Shown here one piece after another: positions 1 through 12,983 of a stretch of DNA of 64,000 nt. The stretch lies in assembly GCA_030141605.1 (NCBI GenBank), contig JAQGDQ010000574.1:1-64000 (forward strand). The letters are read 5' to 3'. Source of the DNA: Tubiluchus corallicola (Eukaryota; Animalia; Priapulida). The stretch's first letter is position 1. Every line of letters begins with the position of its first letter. A program made the position numbers and the translations under genes. The notes below the pieces were generated by a model, which did no database searches, was not told the DNA's origin, and saw nothing but the letters and a program-made list of their open reading frames with translations.

Positions 1-1410
1 AGTAACGAAAGTAAGGTACAGTCGCTATAATAACGAAAGTGAAGTATGGTCGCTATAGTAACGAAAGTAAGGTATGGTTGCTATAGTAATGAAAGTAAGA
101 TACGGTTGCTATAGTAACGAAAGTAAGGTACGGTCGCTATAGTAATGAAAGTAAGGTACGGTCGCTATAGTAATGAAAGTAAGGTACGGTCGCTATAGTA
201 ACAAAAGTAAAGTAAAGTCGCTATAGTAACGAAAGTAAGGTACGGTCGCTATAGTAATGAAAGTAAGGTACGGTCGCTATAGTAACGAAAGGTACGGTTG
301 CTATAGTAATGAAAGTGAGGTATGGTCGCTATAGTAACGAAAGTAAGGTACGGTCGCTATAGTAACGAAAGTAAGGTATGGTCGCTATAGTAACGAAAGT
401 AAGGTACGGTCGCTATAGTAACGAAAGTAAGGTACGGTCGCTATAGTAACGAAAGTAAGGTACGGTCGCTATAGTAACGAAAGTAAAGTAAAGTCGCTAT
501 AGTAATGAAAGTAAGGTATGGTTGCTATAGTAATGAAAGTAAGATACGGTTGCTATAGTAACGAAAGTAAGGTACGGTCGCTATAGTAATGAAAGTAAGG
601 TATGGTTGCTATAGTAACAAAAGTAAAGTAAAGTCGCTATAGTAACGAAAGTAAGGTACGGTCGCTATAGTAACGAAAGTAAGGTACGGTCGCTATAGTA
701 ATGAAAGTAAGGTACGGTCGCTATAGTAACGAAAGTAAGGTACGGTCGCTATAGTAACGAAAGTAAGGTAAGGTCGCTATAGTAACGAAAGTAAGGTATG
801 GTCGCTATAGTAACGAAAGTAAGGTACGGTCGCTATAATAATGAAAGTAAGGTACGGTCGCTATAGTAATGAAAGTAAGGTACGGTCGCTATAGTAACGA
901 AAGTAAAGTAAAGTCGCTATAGTAACGAAAGTAAGGTATGGTCACTATAGTAATGAAAGTAAGGTACGGTCGCTATAAGTAACGAAAGTGAGGAACGGAC
1001 GCTATAGTAATGAAAGTAAGGTACGGTCGCTATAGTAACGAAAGTAAAGTAAAGTCGCTATAGTAACGAAAGTAAGGTATGGTCGCTATAGTAATGAAAG
1101 TAAGGTACGGTCGCTATAGTAATGAAAGTAAGGTACGGTCGCTATAGTAACGAAAGTAAGGTACGGTTGCTATAGTAACGAAAGTAAGGTACGGTTGCTA
1201 TAGTAACGAAAGGTACGGTCGCTATACTAACGAAAGTAAGGTATGGTCGCTATAGTAACGAAAGTAAGGTAGGGTTCCTATAGTAACGAGAGTAAGGTAC
1301 GGTCGCTATAGTAATGAAAGTAAGGTACGGTCGCTATAGTAACGAAAGTTGGTTATGGTCTCTATAGTAACGAAAGTAAGGTACAATCGCTATAGTGATG
1401 AAAGTAAGGC
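1..1410. repeat. 28-bp minisatellite, about 50 copies, in an ABCD3 intron; continues off the left edge
   Basis: Unit GGTCGCTATAGTAACGAAAGTAAGGTAC; ACGAAAG recurs at 421 and 449; only point variants, no unique spacers. Confidence 0.97.
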
Positions 1411-1587
1411 ATCAGTAGCTCAAAACGCACGGAAAAGAAAACAGTAAATTTTGGCTAAAAACACGTAAAAACAATATGGCCAATATGGCAAGTGTTTAAA
1501 AAATAGGTAACGCAAATGATAGACTACTGCAAACTCGATTCGTTTTTAAAACAGAGCAAAAATAAGAAGACGTATTCAAATTTGTAC

Positions 1588-4500
1588 CTGTGGAATGTAA
1601 AATAATTTACTCTTGTGTGGTTTTGTAAGCGTTCCGCCAAACAGCGGCCACAATTCGCCGAGAACGCGGAACAACGAACTTTTACCACAACCGTTCGGCC
1701 CACAAACTAGAACATTTCTACCAGCAGGAACCTGAAATGCAGAATGAACTAAGTTTAGGCACTAAACTGCATAGCAAGTGCTTGTGGCGCCCTGGACAAA
1801 AAACTTCGGGTGTCCCTACCCTTTTAAAGTTTTCATGGTTTGTTTTGTGAATGAAGCCACAAATTCTGCGCGTTTTTGCATCCCTGAACCCGACTTTCCT
1901 TTTTCGACATGATGGGATAAAGATAAATGGATTTTTTTTCTAAGAATCACACTGAGTTTGACTTGCGGTACTGCAGCAGAGTAACTCTTTTCTATGCATA
2001 AGTTGCTCATAACACGACAGTCATTAAACATTCAGCTCAACGATTAAAACATGCAAATATTATAAAAGATACAGAACATTACAGGTTTTCACAATAATAC
2101 AATCAGCATTTAGAGAAACGTCAATGTCTCTCCCAAAATTATGGATCTGCTAAGCCACATGACACCCTGCACAAAACGTTAACTAACAACATTAGCTTTT
2201 TTTCTACGCTGTATGTAGTAATTAAATCAGCTACGATGATCTCTGACTAGGCATTTTTGTTGTAGTTTGAAAACGTTTGTTAATGGTTTTCTTAATGTCG
2301 CATTAGTAATTAATAATTAACAGTAATTGAACTCTAGAAGAATTTTGTGCCCTCTCACCCTTGCTCCCGGGGGCCATTATGCCGTCACCCCCACCTGGCT
2401 ACGCCCCTGCTGAACTGCCAACGATGGCTCACTCTTGTGCTGATAATAATCTGAGCAGCCTGGCAGATAAAACCAGTAGTCTCCCATCCAAGCGGTAACC
2501 AGGTGAGGTGCTGCTTAACTATCATTACCAAAAATACTCCATTTACCAAACCAGTTCTGAGATAAGGAAACGCATAGTCACCTCAATGTTTAACTCATTA
2601 GCAAGTACGTCTCCATTTGGCGTAACAAGAGGTACATTGTCAAACTTTATCAGGTAGTCTTTCTCAACGATGGTACCACTACCCGGGACCAAGTTCAACA
2701 TGTTATTAGCTGCCACTGAAATTGAAAAAGTAATTTTGTTACTTGACGTAAAACTAGATGACAATATTTCTATTATCAGTAACACTAAGTCAGGCGTGAG
2801 GTAATGCGTTGTTTTCACTACTGTAACCTGATAAACTAAAATTCATAGAGCCCAGAACTATGCCGTTTCAGCTGAGCTACAGTCGGTTTATTTCTACGGT
2901 CGAAACCCAGCTTTGGTCACGCCAGCCGCTCAGTGATGGGAGTCCGAGCTAACCGACATTTTTGCCGGCTGTGAAGATCTTTTTGTGCTTACGAACAAAC
3001 CACTGGCGTAGCTGTGTCTAGTTTCATGCTGGATTACTGCTGCGTTTACCTGCCTTGAAGGCAGATTTCTTTTATCTTAGAATTCTGCCTGCCCAATTGA
3101 CAAAATGGGCGTATGATGATGATGAAATCACTGGTTGAAATACGGCAAATGCATCGCAGATTTGCAGTCAGATTGTGCACATGCTGGGAAAGATACTAAA
3201 CTTTAGACATTTCTGAACAAGAAAGCAGGTCACTTCAAAATTACATACACAAATAGGCAATGTAAGTCACGCGTATGGGATCATTTTGGTGTTTTGGTAT
3301 TGATTCTTCTGTAATCGAAACTGACTCAACTTCAGCCTCTCAACTTTCATACTCCTTCTGCCTTGGAAAACGAATTTTTGCAGAAAATGTTTGTTTTTGC
3401 AAAATTGTATAAGGAGGTGCAATCACGTTGCAAACAGCTTAAAAGAGATCATTTGTCCCAAAGCTGTAGAAGCGGTCAGTCTATTTGCTAAACACGTTTT
3501 TTCTTATATGGAGTTTACAAAAAGGACATACAGGCTGAATTCGTATGCATGGCGTATTGTTCTTTATTGTGCGAAAACCTAAATAGCAATGATCACGGCT
3601 AGTCAACTTCAGAACAGGCTAGCCCTATTGTTCCACGTGCCAAACACAGTTTCACGCTGCATTAGGTAACCAGAATATTCACTAGGGTAGATTAATGTTA
3701 ATAATTTTGCTCTGGGTTGCTTAAAATGCTGCAAAACTTCAAACAGACGTTAAATCATCTTAGATGCTTCATACAGTCATTATCAACATAGATGTGAGAC
3801 CACAAATAAACATGAACAGAAAATAGTAGCAATGAGTGTTAATACATTGCTGTCCATTTTTCAAGTGCAAGTTTGGCACCAAAAGACCAAATATAAACAG
3901 ACGGTTTAGTCTAGTGGTAACGCATCTGCTTTCCGTTTGGGAGGTCGTGAGTTCGAACCAGCGACCGAGTCATACCAAAGACTTTAAAAATGGTACCTGC
4001 TGTTGCCCTGCCTGACGCGTGGTATTTAGGGCAAAAGTGGGGTAATAGCAGTCTCTGTTATGCAGTTGTAGGTTGTTATTTACAGTCGGCGATAATAGCT
4101 GTTTGAGCTAATGTTAATTGTTCACCCAAAAGCCGACTTTAAATAAAGATTATTATTATTATTTACAACAGGCCTCAAACAGGCAATTTGTTACAAATGG
4201 CTGAGTTCCCTGATTCCAATTGTAGTGCTAAAAACAAGCGTGATTAATTCCCAACGTGAAAATATTATCAATTGCACATCTCTCTCACCCCTGGTGAATT
4301 CTTATATTCCAAAACAATTAGTAATCTGTACTCACAATCTATGATAAGGTTTCTTAGAAAAAAATCAAAATCTCGTTGAGTTATACGTAGCCGATAAAAG
4401 CAGACACAGATTTTTTTGCTTTCATTTCAAAATAGGGAAGATTTACATTCGTCTCACGAATTCCCTCCTAGCAGACGACTTACCTCGACCCTGGGCATCC

Positions 4501-7500
4501 GTAACCATCGTCCGTTTATATTTTCCCTGATTCAGATCGTCTAAAACTGTGATGAGTTCTGTAACTCTAGAGGTAAATCTGTAACGCACAAAAGTACAGA
4601 TGTTTATGTAAAGGGAAGAAATTAACGAGATATAACCAATTACCATACATCAGGGGTGTGCAAACTGCGGCCCGCGCAAAGGTTTGTCAACCTAATGAAG
4701 GTGCGGCCCGGCCGATGAATTGAGTCGCAAGTATCAAGAAGATATTTCCAGCTGAAAAGCGCGAAGATAGCGTGATCGCAAAGATAGGGCGGGTAGTTTT
4801 TTCCGCTAGATCGGATGGCATTAACCCTTACAAGGCGGCTGTCACTTAATGTCACTGTCGGACATGACGAAATTTAACGTTGCACACTTGGAACACAAAA
4901 AAACGATGTAATCACAGAACACAGCAAACTATCAAATATGAAAGAAATGCGAGAAATGATCTGATTGGCTGGTAGGAAGACAAACCAGCCAATCTCTAGG
5001 CTTCTATTATCCGGCCTGCTGATCGGCCCAATCGTCTTATTGGGGATAGCAGGTAGAACATTTTGACCTGGTTATTTTACAAAACAAATTATAAATAAAA
5101 TTATAAAATAACCAAGTCAAATTATCTACTTAATATGACCAAGAAGACGACTGGGCAGATTAAATTGTAAGTAGCCAGCAAGCTGAAAAAGTGTGGTCAC
5201 CCCTGATATAGGGGGATTCCCAGATTTTAGTTTCAGCTTAGGCTCAGTAGTACACGCCTCAATCAGTGGCTATTTCATCGTTTCATCAGATGTAGTGTTC
5301 TTATAGGTCAGAAACATGGATAAGAAAAAGAGGAAGATTGAAGAAGAATATTTCAGTGTCTCAAGACACTGTACTGCACAAGCTGTGTGATACACGGTAG
5401 TAACACGCATTGTAATGAAATTACCACTATCTAACATGAAATCTATTGTTTTTAATGTAAATTTTAATAACTTCTAAAATAGTTTTCTTAAGTGCAGTAG
5501 TAATAATGTGCGAAGATGGAATGCAAAAAATCGTTATTAGGTCCTACTGTTCTTGGCTCGTTGGTGTGCAAAAACACTACAGCGCGACATTGTCTAACTG
5601 AGATTAAGTCAAGGTGGCGCCATCTCTAAAACCTACCCAGACAATCGCGTCATTTCACGACCGGCAAGTATGAGACGACCGATGGCTTCTGCGATCTTAA
5701 ACAGCATCCTGCCGGATTTGTAGTACCACTCTAATCTTTCACTTGGCGACGTATTCGCTAGACGGGGATCAAGCAAGTTTAGAAACGGTCGGCTAACGAC
5801 TAGATATCCAACAACCGTGGCAATATCTAAATAAAATCAAATAAATTGTGATATGAAAAATGCATTTTTGATCACTGAATACAGCAATACCTCGATTAGC
5901 CGAAACCTGCATAGCTCAGCTAATATTAAAAATCTGTGGCAGATATAATAAGACCCTGGTTCAATTCCTGGTCAGCAACATTTTTATCTTAATTTAGTAA
6001 TTGTAATTCAGAACCAACATTTCATTTTAATGACGCTGATTATTTAACACCTTATTTTCACTTAACGAGCCACTTTGGTGATGATTTTTTTACTTTGCTC
6101 AAGGCAAATGAGTTTATCAATGACTTTTTTACTTAATTTGATGCATTAAAACAGAACATATTGCGTCATTCTGTTCAAAAAACGCACTAGTAATGAAAAC
6201 AGCACAATTATTAAACAACTACAATCGTTTTTGCTCCCCGGCTAAGAACTAAACGCTAGCCATTTATATCAAGGAAGACCTGGAAGCAAGGAATTTTGTC
6301 TGCAACCTGTTGCTATAGTAACCAGACTAGATAAAATCTCCAAGATCACCTTGGCTATGAAACTCTGAATTACTTTGTATGGAAGTGTCAGCTTCATTTA
6401 ACGATGTTTCGCTTAACGTTAAGTTTTGCTGGAACGCGTTACTGTCGTTAAGCGGGGACTTACTGTACTGTTTAAACTTAGAAAAGACATATGAGTTACT
6501 AAATACAGAAATGCAATAAACTTATAATGAAATTGATAAACGGTTAAATTCCCGCCACATCTACAGGGATGAGGATGACAAATTGCAAAAAACTCTGAAA
6601 CAGGCCGAGAGTTTTGTGGCCACCTAGGCCCCCAATGGGGTTGAGGGGCAAAGCCGCCTTGGAGCCAGCAACAAATTGCAATTTTGTGACCATAGAGAGC
6701 CTCTAGAGGACTTAAAATATCAATTACCTTGTTTCATGCATAATTTAAAATACCCAACTATCAAGGATACATGATACATAATTGTCTCAAAAACGCCTAA
6801 GTACTGGCCGCTCCTATGCAAAAGTATATAAAAACTGTCTGCAATTGACTCAAATAACTCCGCACAATTGATTCTATATTTTTATACATAGAGATATACA
6901 CGTGGTTACATTGATGTACGTGATGTAAACAAAGTGACGGCCTGCCACCTAGCGGTCAAATACTGTACTGGGTCCGTAAAAATTTTCTCAACGAATTGAC
7001 AAGATTTACAAAAATGGCACTACTGGTCTTCCAAAAACTCGGAATTCCGCGGAAAATTCTCATCCCTGAGAGATGGTATCAGCAATTAACAATATTATTT
7101 CCATAAATAAAATCACACTTTTTAAATGACTATTTTCACAAAAATTTTACACTTTACTTCTAATTATACACATAGAGGCTTATAAAGAAATATAACATAT
7201 AATGAATAAAGAAATCTCTCCAAGCTACAGATATTGAAATAGAGGCTTGAAATTTTTTTACTTAAACTTGTCAAAGTGATCTTGTCTATGTTTACTGTAG
7301 ATATACGTTATACTTACACTCTGCTAACAAATATTTAAAACAATTGAGTTAATCAGTGGTACATGCCTCAACTTTTCCACCAAAGTAACAGGAATGACAC
7401 ATGAACACGGAGACACACATGAAACTAAGCAACACGAATATTTGCTAGTTCTGAAAGTATTTGGGAAGAGGATTTTCACTTTTAGTGTGCTGTTTAGAAT

Positions 7501-10500
7501 AAAATAGTGCAAATTAATTTTTAAATGGATGCTTTCTGCCAAATCTAATGTAATGGAAAAGTTGAAAATGGGAAAAACTTTCACAGGAACTGATTTCAGC
7601 TTCAGTAGAAATGTCCAAATCACTTTTCTGGCAACAAATACAATTGGAATAAGTCTCTTTCTTTAGTGTCTACCAGTCATGAGACAGTATCGCACCAGAA
7701 ACTTTGTTATTTAAAAAAATTATCCTGGGACAAAAATTGTACGTTCTGTGGAGAATGACCCAGTTATAATTTATACTTACACTTTGCAATAATGTTATCC
7801 AGGAAACCCATGGTAAACCTGAACTCCACGAATTTTCTCAAGTGACTAATCTGAAAATGATTCAATATACAATCTGCAATCTGCAGAATTTAGTCTGTTT
7901 TCCTCGCAGTACGAATGAATATGTAGTTCATTTTTTCTTGTTCCAAAACAACATTCTACTAATACGTCACTCTATGCACAGACTGATGCAAAATTAAGTA
8001 AAATTTACGTAAAACAACTGATGTTACCGAACTGATGTGGTAGACGGTGTTACTTTATACACATCACTGTTTTAGTACAAATGAATATGTAGTTTTCATT
8101 TACAATTAGCTTTTTCACAATTCCAGTGATTGATGATGATCGCAAAAAAGTCAAAGGTTAAGTCAACTAGACAACACATTTGTGTATACTTGACAACGCC
8201 TCGCAGCCCATGCTGTTGTAATACTAACAGATTTAACAGCTGGTTAGTATCTTACCTAGTTCATTTTTTCTTGTTCCCAAGCAAGATCCTGCTAGTAAAT
8301 CATAAGATGCACAGACTAATGTATGATTAAGTAAAGTACATGTAAAACAACTGATGTTACCGAACTGATAGGGTAGATGGCTTTACTTTATACACATCAC
8401 GGTTGTAGTTAAGACACGTTGCTGTGGTACACATAACCTTAGAAATACAGCAACATAACAAAACTGTGAAAAGGCTTCTTGCAAGAGCCAAAAAACGTAG
8501 ACAGCTTAAATATTATTTTGTTCCTAGGATCGGATTCGATCCCATGTCCTCTATGTTCAAAACAGGCAAGCTAATCACTAGATATGTAAACTGAATGATC
8601 TATTTCTCTATGACATACATAATTTTCTACATTTAAAACTCGCAAGTTTGAATACGTACTAGTTGCTCAAAGGTACCGGTGATTGTACTCCTCTCACGGT
8701 CATTACCTTGATAAAATGCGATTTCTTCGCTGTAAACATATCAAGTAAATTCGTTAACAGAGCAAATTGTCAAATGTCAAAATTACTTAGTACAGTAGAC
8801 ACAGTTTATTAGACTCGTGGTTAACAGAAGCAGTTGCACAAACCACTCAAAAACATCAAGTATAGGATACTCCAGGGATGAGAATGACAAATTGCAAAGA
8901 ACTCTGAAACAGACCGGGGGTTTTCGGGCCACCTAGGCCCCCAATGGGGTTGAAATTGCAATTTTGTGACCATAAAGAACCTCTAAGTGGACTTAAAATA
9001 TCAGTTACCTTGTTTCATGCATAATTTAAAATACCCAACTATCAAGGATACATGATACCTAATTGTCTCAAAAATGCCTAAGTACTGGCCGCTCTTATGC
9101 AAAAGTATACAAAAACTGTCTGCAATTGACTCAAATAACTCCGCACAATTGATTCTATATTTTTATCCATAGAGATGTACACGTGGTTACACTGATGTAC
9201 GTGATGTAAACAAAGTGACGGCCTGCCAACTAGCGGTCAGCTTGTGAAATAATGTACTGGGTCCGTAAAAATTTTCTCGACGAATTTACGGGATTTACAA
9301 AAATGGTACTACTGGTCTTCCAAAAACTCGGAATTCTGCGTATCCGCGAAAAATTCTCATCCCTGGGACACTCCTATTCAAATGCATACAAAAGCAATTG
9401 ACAATTGACTCAAATAACCCTGCATAATTGAATCAATATTTTTGCATGACGTGTTTAAAGTAAGACAAAATTATTTTATATCTGTGATAAAAAAGCTCTT
9501 ATCCTGTTAATATAATCTATACTTTATTAAGAAATGCATAGCGGTAAATTTGAAATTTGGATTTTTATCTTAAAACTTGCTTAGTTTTAATACAACACAC
9601 TGAATATCTTACTGTCGCACTCTACTCCAATTTTCTCTTTTGCAAAACACGTGCAACACGCTCGCGGAATATTTTTGCTGTTGAAAATTATATTAGTTTG
9701 TGATGTCATCAATAATTAGGCTCACTAGCCATTAATTTACTTTTAAATCTATTATTTAATTATCAGAAATGCTTTTGCAGTATGGCTAAACCAGATCAAA
9801 TTTCGCAGTTAATCTAAACAAGTTTTAAGAAACAAATTCAAATTTCAAATTCACACATGAGCTGTCAAACGTGTGATGCGTTACAAAATAACACACCTGA
9901 ACTAAGAGGTACAGCACCTGTTTTTTCTGCAACATGTTTCCAAAATGCAGGTGCTAGTGCCCATCTGACTAGCGAATGGCGAAATGCAAGTAACAGTGAA
10001 GAGCTAATGGCGCGAACGTGAAACTGTGTTTGTGTGGTAAAGATTCTTTCACATAAGTCATTTTTTTTAAAAAATAATATGTTTCCTTTGAATATTTTAA
10101 AGAATAGATTGTTCTGACTTACAGTTTAAGATTTCGTCTGGTTTTGCTTTAAGAATTATGAAATTTTTACTTTAGATCATTTTCCTACAAAGTTTTTAAG
10201 CGAGTAACTACGAAGTTAAGCAACACAAATTCCACCCACCTGTTGGTGATTAGCCGTGAATTGACGTATCTGAATTCGCCCTCGTATTTCTGCTCAGTAA
10301 CGGTCATTCGGCCGATCGGACGTCGCAGTCGGGTCAAAAGTAACCCAGAAAGTGCCAAATAAAGCAGCATAAATCCTGGACCCTAAACGAAAACAATCGG
10401 CTAAAGCAGCGCCTCCTGGGAGCGTTGTTTCAGAAAACGTGCAATTTTAACACTTTAATTTGTAATTGTAATTTTAAACAAACAAACATACGAAAGTCTA

Positions 10501-12814
10501 TACGTAAACTTGATAAGGCCCTAAACAAAAAAATATTTTTTGCTCACTAATAACCTAAATTGTCGCAGTTCAAGCTTGATCCACTCACGATAAGCACGTG
10601 ACAACAAACTGTGTGAGTGACAGTACTTTCTCTACCTAGCAGCAGACGCTAGCAGTGCAGCATCATCGTCACAGTTTGAGCTTGATCCACTCACAGTAAA
10701 CACGTGACAACAAACTGTGTGAGTGACAGTACTTTCTCTACCTGGGCTCAGACATGTGCGTTTAGCCACATGTGCTCAACAGCCAAACACCGCATTGCTG
10801 CAGTGCACTGTGCTGGGCTGTGAAGCTGACAGTACTACCCTCACATGCTCTGCTTCTGTACAACAAACTGTGTGAGTGACAGTACTTTCTCTACTTGGAC
10901 TCAGACATGTGCGTTTAGCCACATGTGCTCAACAGGCAAACACCGCACTGCTGCAGCGCACTGTGCTGGGCTGTGAAGCAAACAGTACTACCCTCACGTG
11001 CTCTGCTTCTGTACAACAAACTGTGTGAGTGACAGTACTTTCTCTACCTGGACTCAGACATGTGCGTTCAGCCACATGCGCTCAACAGGCAAACACCGCA
11101 TTGCTGGAGCGCACTGTGCTGGGCTGTGAAGCAAACAGTACTACCCTCACATGCTCTGCTTCTGTACAACAAACTGTGTGAGTGACACTAAATTATCAAT
11201 TACCTTGTTTCATGCATAATTTAAAATACCCAACTATCAATGATACATGATACCTAATTGTCTCAAAAACGTCGAAGTACTGGCCACTCCTATGCAAAAG
11301 TATATAAAAACTGTCTGCAATTGACTCAAATAACTCCGCACAATTGATTCTATATTTTTATACATAGAGATATACACGTGGTTACACTGATGTACGTGAT
11401 GTAAACAAAGTGACGCCCTGCCAACTAGCGGTCAGCTTGTGAAATAATGTACTGGGTCCGTAAAAAATTTCTCAACGAATTTACGCAATTTACAAAAATG
11501 GCACTACTGGTCTTCCAAAAACTCCACGGAAAATTCTCATCCCTGCCCATGTAAAATGCAGCAAATGTTTACAGTCCTGAAGGAGTTTATATATGTCATA
11601 ACTGACCTGTGCTCCGATACTGGTGGTCAAACGCTGTGCATATAAGGCAATGTCCAGCAATGGTTTGCTGATGTTAGAATACAGGTCAGCTAAACTGCTG
11701 CAGAACTTTTCCACGTCTTGAGTTAAGAGTTGATCGGCATTTGCAATTCTGTTGTCCAAATTTGACATCTTGTAATAGGTAAATCCACTAATGAATAAAA
11801 ACAGCAATTCAGGATTATGATTTCCAACGATTGATGCTGATCGTGAAAAGGTCAAAGGTTAAGTGCATCAGACAACGCATTTGTGTAAACTTGACAATGC
11901 CTTGCAGCCCATGCTGTTGTAATAATAACAGTTTTAACAGCTAGCTAGAACCTTACCTAGTTCATTTTCTTTGTTCCCAAGCAAGATCCTGCTAGTAAAT
12001 CATTCAACGCACAGACTAATGCATAATTAAGCAAAGTCCATGTAACACAACTAAAGTTACTGAACTGAAACAGCAGACGGCTTTGCTTTTCCCCACACGT
12101 CAAGTCACAGTTGTAGATAAAACGCGTTGCTCTGGTACATTTAACCTTTGACACAGTGCAACTGCGCGTGCGCACAACGAAACTGTGAAAAGACTTATTA
12201 GTCATGACCACTGTATAAAATAGCACACATACACATTGATTAGGCCAGTTACAAAAAATTGTTTCTGTCTTACCTCATGAACTCAAAAGATGGCAGTAGG
12301 GAGAAAACAATATTTTTTTTTAAATTTTTTTTAAAGCTTTGCAAATGTTTAAAGCTGAATCGTGGAACATTTAAAATCAGTTGAAATCAAAGTTCGTTTA
12401 TTTCCCACTGTCAGCAGTAATGTTTAAATTTCTTCAACGTACATTTTTTCAGATTTTGTTTTTTTTAGTTGTTTCGCATTACTAAATTATTGATTATCAT
12501 ATAATCTCTTATTTGTATGGCATGAACGTATGTTCTGATAATTATGGTATAAGCGGCAACACTACTCGGCCGTTAATGCACCGATTTGGTGGAAAATGTG
12601 ATGATTTTTAGTCTCCAATCCGATAATCAGCATCAAATAAAACGTCAACTCTGACTAAGAGTTAGCCATAGAAAATACATGCTGGTGTCCTTGCCGAAAC
12701 AAAGATGCTATAATAATTATACTATTACACACTGTACTATTAAATAATAATAATAATAATAATGATAATAAAAATAATAATAATAATAATGATAATGATA
12801 ATAAAAATAAAAAC

Positions 12815-12912
<98 letters not shown>

Positions 12913-12935
12913 TAATAATAATAATAACAATAATA

Positions 12936-12983
<48 letters not shown>

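Noticed and set aside
1-1410. CRISPR-like array of about 28-bp palindromic repeats
   Set aside because: Units are head-to-tail with no unique spacers, no cas genes, and the context is a eukaryotic intron
2860-3125. Possible second SINE ending in (TGA)n
   Set aside because: Only one copy in the window and no clear TSD or A/B boxes; cannot be supported without a genome search
3899-3970. tRNA gene (also tRNA-like pieces near 5905-5975, 8520-8590, 21436, 23280-23340, 29029 and 43270-43340)
   Set aside because: A/B boxes are present but I see no complete cloverleaf or acceptor stem; they continue into SINE bodies or are decayed heads
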